From Ophelia neglecta (Eukaryota), in NCBI GenBank assembly GCA_965285935.1, contig OZ260661.1, positions 93,248,001-93,312,000 of the forward strand: 64,000 nucleotides of DNA, in the 5' to 3' direction. Position numbers and translations under genes: made by a program. Each line of letters begins with the position of its first letter. The first letter of the stretch is position 1. Positions 28,656 to 40,923 of the stretch are shown here, piece by piece. Under the pieces are notes generated by a model. It saw nothing but the letters and a program-made list of their open reading frames with translations, was not told the origin of the DNA and did not search any database.

Positions 28656-30402
28656 GGCACTCAATATCGGATCATGATATGTGCATTCTCTCCTATGGAA
28701 AAATTTTGTCGGTGAAAGTCAGCAACACTACCAAGAATTGTTTTGAAATAAGGAAAAGAATGCCTTTTTGACCTTAATACGTAATGGTCATTGACTCTTG
28801 GTTATTTGTTCACAAGTGGTTGACTGTGTACTCATTCCTATATATCAGGCTCTATAATAATATAGTGTATTTGTTCACGCTGTTTGTTTGACCCAGCTGG
28901 CCTGACCTCTGAAGACTGGACATGACACTAGGGTTGTGGGGAGGTGTATAATAGGTAAAATGTACAGGAAGTGTGTCAGGAGTTGACGAATGTCTCATGA
29001 CTAGTGGCGCCCTGAGTGTGAAACACCAGCTCTAGGATATCAAAGAGTTCTGAAGATATGATGAGAGCCTCTTCTACTTGGATGTCCGGTGTCTTGTCTT
29101 ACAGAAAAATGCCATAACAGGGGTATCACAGAGTGGTGAAAGTACCTTCATTGAAGGAGAAGTTGGTTAGCATATCTTGCAATCCTAGGTTAACTTTTAA
29201 ATCAAATTTAGATAGTTTTCCCTGTAAAATGAATGTATTGTTGCAGGAAGTTCCGATTTGTACTGTATTTAGAAGTAAACTTGCAAACACTGCGAAATTA
29301 AATTCTTGGCGTAAATGGCTTTTCATACCATTCTCCACTGTCTATCATGCAAATACCAGGTCCGTTATAGTGTTGACTTCAAGTGGCACAGAGTTAATAT
29401 GGACAGGTGTTGATGTGGAAGAAATTTGCTTGCTTCCATCTGCTGAGTCAGCCGTTTGAGTTTCTAATTTAGTACATTGTAAAGGAGCTCATCAGTTGCC
29501 ATAGTGTGATGGCATTCCTCTGGGATCATCGGCAGAAATAGGAAATTAAATTGTGGGCTATTTTTTTCTTCATTTAGCAATAGGACTCTGAAAATCATGG
29601 TTTAGAATGTGTGCTCAGCACAACAAGAAGAGACTGTTTATTTGTTCGGGCCTGTCGGAATCAATGCATACTCGCAGTGTCAACTTGTGATCAGATCGTT
29701 TTCCACTGCGCCTCCTGGTCTGAATCGAGACCAGGCTGGGATAACTATTGCCGGGGAATGGAGTAAACTTGTCTGTGAGTGTTTGTATGGGTCTTGCTGC
29801 GAGATCAGGCAAGGGCTTTACAAGTGGAGCAATGGTATCCAATTTGTATGGAAGATTGGGTACTGGGTGAGGATATTGCCTGGCCTATTGGCTGGCCGAG
29901 GTGACATTGTGGCAGTGCAGGATGGCAGAATATTGAATAAGATAATAAGACTGCTCATGTCTGCAATGCTATTACACTTTGAAGCAGACTATTCAGATAT
30001 ACCCCCCTCCCCCCCCCCCATCAAGCCCTTAGATTATATAGATGCAGGCTTTACATATTGGAGCAAATGGAATGGATCAAGTTTTATTGCTAGGTAAATT
30101 TTCCTAGTGTCTGCCATCTGAGTGCTGTGAAACATGATTGCCAAATCCTGAAAGACCAAAAAGACAAACATATCACACAAACATACTCAGCTCTTCATAT
30201 ACCTTTATTATTAGAGTAATAGCTAGGACAGTGGTATAGTGACATTTACAGTTTGTGAGTATGATATTTTATGATAATACGCATTGCCCTGCCTGCAAGT
30301 TCTTATTAATCTAAAGTACACCAGGGAACTTAGAAAGAAGGAAAGTTTTTAAAGACTATCACACACAGAACAAGTAATGTTAGTATGAACGCCAGTAGTA
30401 AA

Positions 30403-30560
30403 ATGCTAGTAAAGTGATTTTCTACGGCCATCAAGTTGTCCCAAATAATTTGCGTCATTTTCACTTTGTGACATCATAAAAGTCACCCAGAAAAGCAGAT
30501 AAAAGGCACCTCTTTCCTGAAAGAGTTCCGACCACTTTCGGAGATTTGTTCTGTATGTGT
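30403..30560 (+). repeat. Diverged direct repeat, copy 1 (copy 2 at about 31687-31852)
   Basis: Shared blocks TCATTTTCACTTTGTGACATCATAAAA, TTCCTGAAAGAG and GGAGATTTG in the same order. Confidence 0.8.
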
Positions 30561-30649
30561 ATGTACCCAGTGTCTTCTAGGAGAAAGTTAGATGCATAGA
30601 AAGGTTGATAATTGAAGGAATCTGTACTAAAAGTAATTTGCACCACAGA

Positions 30650-31153
30650 CTTACAAATTAAAAAGCTTTGCAAATGTCTGACAACCCAACTGCTGCATCA
30701 TGTCATTGATATTTCAATTAATAAAGCCTTACATTTGTAATGCAGATTATAAATCTGTAGCTTATTTCAGTAACCCAGTATTAAACACTTCCTCTTACTA
30801 AGCAGGTAATTTCCTATCAACAGCTGTTTGAAGATCAAAATACAAACACAAGTTTTTAGCAACCCAAGCAGACCAGCAAGACAAAAAATTGACAAACCAG
30901 GCTTACAAATTAAAAAGCTTTGCAAATGTCTGACAACCCAACTGCTGCATCATGTCATTGATATTTCAATTAATAAAGCCTTACATTTGTAATGCAGATT
31001 ATAAATCTGTAGCTTATTTCAGTAACCCAGTATTAAACACTTCCTCTTACTAAGCAGGTAATTTCCTATCAACAGCTGTTTGAAGATCAAAATACAAACA
31101 CAAGTTTTTAGCAACCCAAGCAGACCAGCAAGACAAAAAATTGACAAACCAGG
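30650..31153 (+). repeat. Exact tandem duplication, 2 x 252 bp
   Basis: 30650-30901 and 30902-31153 read identically by eye; 2-nt CT microhomology at the junction. Confidence 0.95.
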
Positions 31154-31686
31154 CTGGAACTGAGCTGGCAAAGTAACAGTTTTTGTAAATGGAAGCAGTA
31201 AATTGGAGAATGTCTGGCAGATTGGTCCAGGAACATGCCAAGGAATTTTATCTTACATTTTGTGCTGCCTGCCAAGAAGTTGGCAGCTAAAATTAGCTAA
31301 TTTGTTTTGCTATAAGTGAAAATTAGTGTTAAGAAACACATGTCTTTAGCAGTGGTGGTCAGTGTTTTCTGAAGGGGTTTTCTGTGGGGGATACAGGTTG
31401 TTTTATGGTTGTGGGTGAAAGTGAGCTGAGTGGTACTAACTAGTTATAATATTTAGTCTAAGTCAGGGGTGTAAGGTATAGTATAAGTCAGCTGGTGAAT
31501 GTGTACATACCATACAACCATACTGTAAAAACCATCAAAGGTCTTCCTTTGTAGACTAGATGCATGTGTTTAGTGAGGGTAAAAAAGTGTACAGAACACA
31601 ATGTACAAATACTGCTTTTAATCCTACCAGAAGTGAAATTAAGAAACCTGAAGTCTAGTCTATTCTCGCATAAACTGATATCGTGT

Positions 31687-31852
31687 ATGCGAGCAGTAAA
31701 TGATTTTTGGTGGCCATCATGATGTCACAAACAATTTCCATCATTTTCACTTTGTGACATCATAAAAATCACCTATAAATGAGGAAGTGAGAGGACTTAA
31801 AGCTCCTCATTCCTGAAAGAGGTCAATTACTTTTGGAGATTTGGTTCATGTG
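31687..31852 (+). repeat. Diverged direct repeat, copy 2
   Basis: Colinear with 30403-30560, with substitutions and small indels. Confidence 0.8.
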
Positions 31853-33975
31853 TGGCAAAGCATATTCTACCATTGTCTAGGTGCACAATCATAGAAATAA
31901 ATTCTGTAGTTTCGAATTCTCAAATACTTTTAAGTCCACAAAAAAAAAAGCCAATATCATGTATTGGTGATAGACCATTTGATATGCTTGGGGAAGTAAT
32001 GTATTCATGCTATAAAAAAACCTGTTTATATTGCCTACCAATATGATAGGCACACATAACGCCCAGCCATGGAGGTATTGACAGTCTGTGGCTGACGTAC
32101 CTACCTCACTGCCAGGGGAGCTAGCTGCCTCTCCCCCAGTCTTAACCACAGCACATGTCTGTGTGTACAGATCCCACACATACTAGTTTGCCTCCTTCTA
32201 GTCCACCCATTTCAATAATAAATACCAATAAATACCACCCAGAGCTCTAAAATGTTTTATTTTTCTCAGACACTGAGCTTTTAATGTCCAGACAAGTTGG
32301 GCATGAGAGAATTTCTCTGGGCGGAGACAAGGTTGTTTGGTTTTCTGGCCTCCATAAACCACAGCCACGCTGGTATCTCTCTATAGTGGTAAATCTCATC
32401 CAATTTATTTTGATTTAGGTGGAGAAATCTGACTTGGTCCTTCGGAGGGTGATTCTTGTTGAATGGAGAATCTATGGGTGGCATTCCATGGTATCAATGT
32501 GTGGCTAGTTTCATGTTGCAAACTTTTTTTGGGAAGGATGTCCAAAAAATGATAAATGAGGAATGTAGCAGGAAATAGTAGACATAATTTATTATGCAGT
32601 GTGAAAATATATATCATCGAAACTTTTCTAGAAACATATTCACCCCTGTCCCTCCTGCTTGTCAAAGGAGGGTATGTCCTGTTTGTTAGATTTAGATATG
32701 TTTGTTATTTTTCATTGTTCAATTTAATGAACATGCAAACCTATGGCAAAAAAGTCCTGCTCAATTGAGACGGTTGGTCTTCTGGCGGAATTCCCTCACC
32801 CTTTCATTCCTGTACAGAAGTAGTTTCTCTGAAAGCCCAGGTAGCCAAATTACAATTCAGACGATTTATAAAACAGAGCAGTCTGACCAGGAGAATGTTA
32901 TCTCTGATGGAATTTATATGGATTGAGGGAGGATTTAGAAAAATTTAGAGACTGTGGTTCAGCAGGATCCCATTTTTATTCACCATATAATATACCAGAA
33001 AAGAGCCTGGTTGGAGGTGAAAGCCTGTAAATCCGCCTCCGAAATATGACTGATGTTCAGCATGCCTGTTAAAGTGATCAGTAGATTCCTGGTTGGGCGT
33101 AGTAGATGTAGGGACAGGGTGCCCACCCATCTAACCTACTGACTGACGGAGTCCTATTTGATATGTCCAGGACTACAAGGTCTAGTGTGATAGAGGGGGG
33201 GGGGGGGGACATGCCCTGCTCTCCTAGCCATGCTTGGGAGCCTTGCCAGCATGCCATTCTTCTCCTATCCAGGCCGGAGAGCCTCGATAACCTCCTCCAC
33301 TGACCACCAGATAGCCTCGCAATCAGCCTCCTCCTGGCTCGGCGGCCAACATCTCCCTACCAGATAAAGGCCATCCTACACTCGTCAGCAGATAACACCA
33401 TGCCATGTTACATTATTCTCAACTCAATTACTCCACACGGCTTACTTCTCATGTGCTACAGTAACAGATAACAAGCAATTCATCAGATGCCAATGCCAGA
33501 GGTCTCCAATGAGGTGTACTGATGAGATTTTAACAGGTTTTTGCCTGAGATGATCAGAGAAAAGTTGACTAGTAATACTGTTTTCAGTCTATTATTTGTC
33601 GGCAACCAGACTGTTTTCCAAATTAATCACTCAGGCGAGAGAGAGTAAAAACCTAAGAAATGTCGGAACTATTTTCTTTTAAACATGTCAGGTAGAGTCT
33701 TCTATCAAATGATCAAAGTACTAGTCAGTATGATGTTCCAACACCTCGTTGCCCTGTCATAAATTTATAATCATTTTCTACAGGTTTTAGATTTGTGACA
33801 GTAGCTGAAGAACATTCAACAATGATTTATATTTTCAGTTTTTCAGTATTGTGTAAAATGAAAAGTATATCTTAAAAACACCTTTGAGTGAATTTTTCTT
33901 TTTCTGAAGGATGTCAGTGTTAGTTAGCTTCTATGCTATTTGTAACATTAATTTTTCTTTGTAATCCCTGATGTA

Positions 33976-34153
33976 CAGTGAAACCTGTAAATTGAGACCA
34001 CCCAAGGGACTGCAAAATACTGGTCTGAACATGGAGGTGGTCTGTTTAGACAGGTTATTTTACATTTAAACTATATAGTTTGGTCTTCTGATGAGTGGTG
34101 TGAATTGACAGGTGGTCTGAATCTAGAGGTGATCTTTAAGGCAGGTTTCACTG
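33976..34153. mobile_element. Tc1/mariner (pogo/Tigger-like) MITE, 178 bp
   Basis: Terminal inverted repeats CAGTGAAACCTG...CAGGTTTCACTG, flanked by TA on both sides (33974-75 and 34154-55), with internal GACCACC/GGTGGTC subrepeats. Confidence 0.85.
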
Positions 34154-37100
34154 TATGGCCATTCCTCCCGTTGTTTTGATGCTTGATAGCATGGACGTGC
34201 CCTCAGAACCCCGTCATCAGGGTGTACATTGCCAGTCTGTAATCAAGGTGCAGGTCATCATCATCAGACTAACTATGTTTACCTAGGGCTTCCAGGGGCC
34301 ACTGCCAATTTAATGAATTTACCTGGTCTTAAACTACACATCTACAGTCTACATGTATATTGCCCCAGGTTGGAGAAGGGGGGGGGGAGAGTACTGACTC
34401 CAAAGCTGCAGGCATAAGAATTTTCCACGGATTCGCAGATTTCCGAGTTTTTTGCCCCTCTTTGAACCCCCCCCCCCCCATCACCCCCCTGGCAGGCATT
34501 TTCAGACTTTTTCAAAGTTTCCCTTTCTCACCCTTGAAAGCTATCAGAGTTCTCAAAATCCTACCTTCTATAAGTTCTAATTTTAAAGACATATTTATAA
34601 CTTCCTGTATTGGTAATTTAGCCATTAATATTGCAGGAAGGGGGTGTTTTTGACTCTTATCACTAGAGGGCAATGCATACACAATCATTATCTTATCATT
34701 GGATATAAAAACCTACATTTGACAATTTTCTGTTAAGTGGAAGTGGTTAAAATACCCAAATATACAGATATTACAGAAAAAGGCACCCTCATTCACCATT
34801 CTGTCAAAAACCAACCCTCATCTATTGAATATTATGAGAACAGTATAGCCTCACAATTGAAAAACTCATGATTACATAGTTTATTTGTGTGTTAACTGCC
34901 CCCTCAGAGGTGTTCTGTATCTCTGTGACATCTATTAATTGCTGCAAATTGCTGCAAGTATTTAAACTGTACAGCCTCAGGCTGGACTTTAGAATTGAGC
35001 AATGTTAACAATGATGTGGTATAATATATTAGAATTTTGACAATATGTACCTTATATTATTAACATGAGGTATATGTAGGTAGATACTATGTATCAGTTA
35101 GTTCCGGCTGGGACTAGTATATTCCAGGTTCCGGCGGCCATCCTCGCTGTTCTCAGCTATGGCCTCAGGCCTGTAATGACAATGATTGTAATGATTACCC
35201 TCTTGTAATGAGTCTGTCATGTTAACCATGTCAGGACCACTATTACATTTCTCTGGACTACAAAGACAACATCATAACTAGGACCACTTACAAATTATAC
35301 ACATTGAAGTGGGATCAATTGAAATTGTATTCAATTAAACCTTGTATAATTTGGAAGTAAGCCTGTAGTCTCTGCATTAACCAACACATTTAAGCCTCCT
35401 GAAAGTTTACATTTTATCATTCTTAGTAGAAACCAGAAGTACTTCAGAAAGACAAAACTATTGGCCTCGCCTAATGGTGGTGGTCTTTGACCTAAACAGC
35501 CGTCTGCCTCTTTGGAGATTTTAAGTAAAGGCTGTGATTTTGTACAACGAGCACATTTATTTGCACTGTAATAGGTCAGTTTACCTCGGTCAGTGATATT
35601 GACCCGTCAGAGAGCCATCCCCAGTCAGTCGGGTGCTGTAATAGCCCCTTCAGTAATTTTGTTTGTTCTTTCTCTGTAGAGAGACAATGAAACATACTTT
35701 GAATGAATCACATCATTAGAGGTACAGCTAGTTCTAAGAGATCCCCAGGTCTTTTACACTCAGCATACTCACAAATACACATTTACTCTAGCCCGGATAG
35801 GATTTCACTCCATTGGGGATCAATGTGCACAGCTTTTTAAGACTTTAAAACAGTGATATGAGCTAAAGACTGATATCCTTGTAGTGAAAAAGCTGGCAGG
35901 AGCAAAACAAATAAATTACAACATTTTTGTCAATTTTAGGAAGGAATGAAGACAGTTTTAGGTTACTTTTTCTTGCTGTTTGATGTCATTTTTTAAGCTT
36001 CCTGGCCTAGGAGTTGAAGGTATTTGAGATACAGCATTTGGCCATATAACGTACAAGAACCATCTCATTGATAGAAGAGACCATCCTCGCTTGATAGAGA
36101 TAGTGACAGCAGTGAAGGTAAGAGAAATGACCACAGACAGCTTCAGAGTGTCACTCTAGTAAATGAAGTGTGAAATTCGTAATAACTGCCGAAGTTTGGA
36201 ATCCCAGAAACTCAAGAATCTTGATTAGACCAGTTATTCATGTTCGCCAAGGGTGAGGCTGGCATTAAAGTAGTATTTTATGAAGGTCAGAGTGTATCAC
36301 CGCCAGATCAGATTTATATTTCAAGCCGGAGTTGGTAGTAAAGTTATGCAGTAATTCGTCATCTTTGACAGATACACTTTTCAGTGGGATGCCGTGAGTT
36401 ATTGTACAGTGTGGCCAGTCTTTTCACACCTTCTGTTGAGATTGGATGGCCAGTTGTTCAGACTTTACACTGTGGCCCTGCTGGCACCCATCACCTTTTA
36501 TTACTGTTTACTATGCAGTAGTCTAAGTCAATCAATATCATGTGAAATAAGCACTGGTAATATTGCACAAGGTTCTGTATCAATATAGCACCGCCTCCCT
36601 ACACCCCTCCTCTTCAGAGAAACTTCTATTATTGTTATGGCCACTTTGCCCCAGGGGCTCAGTAGGCAGTCACAGTAGGAGCCCTGTTTGTGTTCATTAT
36701 GTCAGGCTGATGATCACCTCTATCTCTCCTCAGTATACCCAGCCCACGTGTCTTATGCTGGTTATTCTATTACTATTGTGGTGTTGGTAATCAGAATGTG
36801 GTATCTGAAGTATAGAGGCTTATAGACATGTCATGTGATGGGCTGAGCTAACTATACTTCAGTTATGTTTTCTGCTGGTTATTCTGGCACAAGAGGTTTA
36901 TCATTGAGTATTGCCAATCAAACTGATTCTATTAAAGATCAAGGTCTGACTAGCCACAGGCCATGCAATTTCCAAATGTCAAAGCGGAACCAGTTTCTGA
37001 GATTTAAATGTCAGATGTAGTTGTTAGGTCAGTCTCATGTCAATGATGTGGCTATCATCCCCTGTATCTTATGCCGGTGGTCAATCTCATTGAGTAGGTC

Positions 37101-40100
37101 ATGTTCCGACCTTGAAGTAGTGCGTCTATTGTGTGTTCCTGTATCTTTGTTGTATCTAAGGCGGCGATGGGGCAGTGGGGCATGACCGCCTATGAGGCTG
37201 CCTAGAAATGTCCAGGGGTGACCGCCATCTGGCCCCCTCAGCAGACGGTGGCTTGATAATGGCTTATTGTGGTTCACATTGCTGGCCCATAGGCATTTGT
37301 AGGGATTAACATTGTCAACCAGACAAATTGAGATTGCCTCTACTAATGGTCAGCTCATTTGGTGGTTTTGGGAGGGAGTGACCGGCTGAGTTTATCCGCT
37401 GGGATTATTCACGTGTTCCGGGATATTCAGGGTTCAGTGGAAGGTCCCAAACAACCATCTCCATGACAAACGTCAGCATTGATAACCAGTAAACATGGTC
37501 AGCTTAGATTTATATCAACATTCAGCTCAATAAGAATGAAATTTAGGAAAAATAGATAAAATACCAAAAATCCTGTTATAACAACAACATTTTTAAACAG
37601 GTACTTTCCTTGATAATAAATGAACAAGATTCCAGTATATTTGTATTCGGTGCTCATTAAGGAATAGCCTATGAAGAATTTGGAGACATAAATCAAAAAT
37701 TTTCTGCAATGAGTTAGTTAATTACCTGAGCATATTATTGATATCAGTGGTGAGTTAAAGCCATGAGCTGATAGGAGCTGTACCTGTATGTGTCTGGTGT
37801 GTATCCTGGATACCTGAGCATAGGGCTCTGTAGTTAATCTCAGTCTGGGAGCACTTTTTCTTGTCGCCAGTGATGATTGGTGTAAACTCTACATTGAACC
37901 ACTATGTTAACAGCAAGCTTCCTCTGATTAATGAACCAAACTCTTCAAATGACACTGTCAATCTATTTTTTTCAGTTGCAGTGTTTTCGTTTGCTCTAGA
38001 AAGTGAAATGAGCAGACGGAAATAATATAAGTTTCGTTTAGAATTGGCTTACATTGGCAACTCCCCTCTGTTTAGCAATATGTGCGCTAATAAATAACTA
38101 CCAAGGTGGTTTTCTCCTCCAGTGAGAGAGTGGTGTGTGCACGATTTTTTTGTCAAACTCATAATTACCTGCAGATAAATATAAATTTGACTATTTATTA
38201 TCCTTCAGTGAAGTCCTGGAGTCACTTTAATCAACCATGTTTTATTTATTTAAAGAAAAGCTGAAACATGGTGCATGAGTTGTCTGGGAAAATGAATACT
38301 GAAGTTAAACTTAGAAATTTGTAACCTTATTTTTTTGGAGTAATATATGGGTTTAAGTATACAGCCAGGTAATTTCACTGTTGCTAAGTTACACTATGAT
38401 ATAATGTTCATTTTCTCATGACTTGTTGTAGATTGCTAAGTTATCAAAGGGCGTGTAGCCCTGTACCTGCAGCACCCTAGTGGTTCTAGAGGGTCCTCAA
38501 CTTTCAGATAAGGTGGAGATTATCGCTCAAGCAACCATCAAAGATCCTGACATTACTAGCTTAATGTAATCAAAAATTCTATAGACCTGGTGAAAAATCA
38601 CAATAGATCCTGCTCGGCTGACATGAAAGTTTGACACATGTAAATGATATGTCAATAAGACAACGAGTCCTGTCACAAACCGACAATGGCAAGGCGAACT
38701 CCTGACAACATCACCATGGGAGGGTAAAAGGATTTCATCAAATCACCAGGATTTTAATAATCTGAGAAAAAATGCGTAAAAAACATGTCAAGTTGGGTCG
38801 ACACATGCTGCAAGCTTTTTTCTTTTTGCCCTGAGGCAAGTGATTTGAATTCTTTGTATGAGCGTCAGACAGAGATTAGATTAGTCTGATTTGGGGACAA
38901 TTGATAAAAACCCCAGCTACAGACAGAGGAATTAACCTCCAGCACCCTGCATAGAATTTCACATCTGGATTCATGTGAATCTTCATTTTTTTTCTTTTAT
39001 TTGACATTGTCTGCTGCATTTATTTACATCACAATGCCATGTCCCCCAGACTCAAAAAATGGCTCCTCTGTTTGATCAAGAAGGCACTAGGATTTGATAC
39101 AAGCTGATTAAACACTAATTTGATCCTTAATAGGAACATTCTGGTGACATAGGATTATAGTGGTCTGGGAAAATTGGTATTTATCAATGAACTCATTTTA
39201 CTATTAAAGCTGGCAGTATTATTTTGCCTGGTTCACCTTAGGAGCTTGTGATGACAGCTTGCTACATTATACATGAGTATGAAAAAAGTAAATCTCCTGA
39301 TTGTGAAAAAACATCATGTTGGTACTGGCAATTCAGATATGATTTGTGTATAGAAACAGCAGAATGAACTTCAAATAAGTATGTAATTGATACACACTCC
39401 TGGATGAAAACCGAAAACACAGATGATGAGAGGACAAGACTCTTGTTTAGCCTGGTTAACATTAATCCATGTTTGGAGTGGATTTGTTTCTAGGGCTACT
39501 TGACACTATTCTGGAGCAATCTTGGCTCGTTTTCATTGTGTCAACCTAACTAATTGCTATGTTTCCCAGCAGAGCTGCTCGTTTGCTAAATGGCAGTGGC
39601 TGGGCAGACGTGGGTGATGACATTCCTACCCTGTTAATTAGAATTGACCAAAAGGTGACGGTCACTGCCTGCTCCTGGTATCCTCTAAAGACCGTTCAAA
39701 GCCAAATAGACCTCTTGATATTCTCCTGTCAAAGGAATAATTTCATGCTTGCTCTGCTTGAAAATGCAGTCCAGAGTTTATGAAAATCCCCATCAACCCC
39801 AAACAGATACATCAGGATGGCCTGAATGCAAACTGCGACAATGTTAAGCAGAATGGACATTTGAATAACAAAGGGTATGGCCATAAAAACGTCAAGCCCC
39901 TCTTGAAGAGAGCTTTCCTCATTGGTCAGCAGGCCAGTTATTGTTTCCAATCGAGTTGATAATCTAATCCTATTTGCATGTCTTGGCCACTAATTATTAC
40001 ATATCTGGTTTTTGTCAGGACATTAGTCTTGTGTCTGCAACGCTGCAGGGCAAAAAAGGCTTAGACCCATCTGAATGGAGCCACGTGTCAAAAACATGCC

Positions 40101-40724
40101 CTAAATCAAGAGTTATGACCATGTTAAAAAGGCCCGTTGGACCTTAATTACAGAAGGTACTGCCGGAATTTGAAAAATCTTCATTGTTTTGGCTAAAATT
40201 AAATTTTGCATGCCACATTTGATAAAAATGTTATGGACCGTTTCAGACCCATGATACTGGGCACTTCTGGTGGGGGCACTGGCGGTGAGGAGCGAATTGG
40301 GAGAAAAGATCAATTCCGCTGTGGTTGACTTGACAGATGGGGATGATCGAAAGCTATCAGAGAAGTCATTGGCTGATAACCATCAGCATATCCTGAGATT
40401 CAAGCTGATGTAGGGGATTCAAGCATCTAGGGATGGATAAACAAGAAAAATTATTGGCAAGTTCCAATCTCAACAAGGGCCCATCAACAATAGACCGTGA
40501 GTCATAAGATTGGTGCGCGATCACTGCCAACGATCATTTCTGAGGGTAATTTAATTGTTGTGGAGACAATACTGGCCACAATGGCTGTCGATTCTGTCGC
40601 AGTGAAGGCATTTGACAGGCTGGGCGCTGACTAAACAGTCCAATTCGAAAGATTGGATTTCTGCCATTGTTTGATTAGACCTTGTTAAGGAATGACATCG
40701 AATGCTACTCTGCCCGTCTGCTGC

Positions 40725-40732
40725 CACTTCCG
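40725..40732 (-). promoter_or_regulatory. ETS-type motif (CGGAAGTG on the minus strand) upstream of the candidate exon at 40829
   Basis: CACTTCCG on the + strand in a CpG-enriched patch; single motif match only. Confidence 0.3.
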
Positions 40733-40828
40733 CTAACTATTTGGATAGTTTTAATCACTCACTCAGAAAGGAAGGACACTAGGATAACTTGACTAACCGC
40801 AACCGTTTTTAGCAAATTTTTTGGCACA

Positions 40829-40923
40829 ATGCGAGAAGAAGTCAATTCCGATCCGTCCCCGGACTGTTGTGGTAAAACCGAGGATTCCGGCGATGGCGGT
40901 GAAGATGCTTTCGAGGAGTGCGG
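40829..40923 (+). CDS. prickle: Candidate alternative first coding exon, acidic N-terminus (MREEVNSDPSPDCCGKTEDSGDGGEDAFEECG)
   Basis: acaATG with in-frame TGA upstream (40790-40792); 31 codons + GG|GTAATT (phase 2), in frame with exon 59684. Ten CpG in 95 nt inside a CpG-poor intron; ETS-like CACTTCCG about 100 nt upstream. Confidence 0.6.

Noticed and set aside
29609-30097. 162-aa ORF ending AG|GTAAAT in phase 2
   Set aside because: GTG start, runs through a poly-C tract, composition not protein-like; any ORF ending AGG TAA mimics this pattern.
8833-38730. Very short ATG-to-phase-2-donor ORFs at about 8833 (MSGHER), 24299 (MTDVR) and 38685 (MARRTPDNITMGG)
   Set aside because: Weak donors (GTAATC, GTAAAA) and lengths expected by chance in 54 kb.
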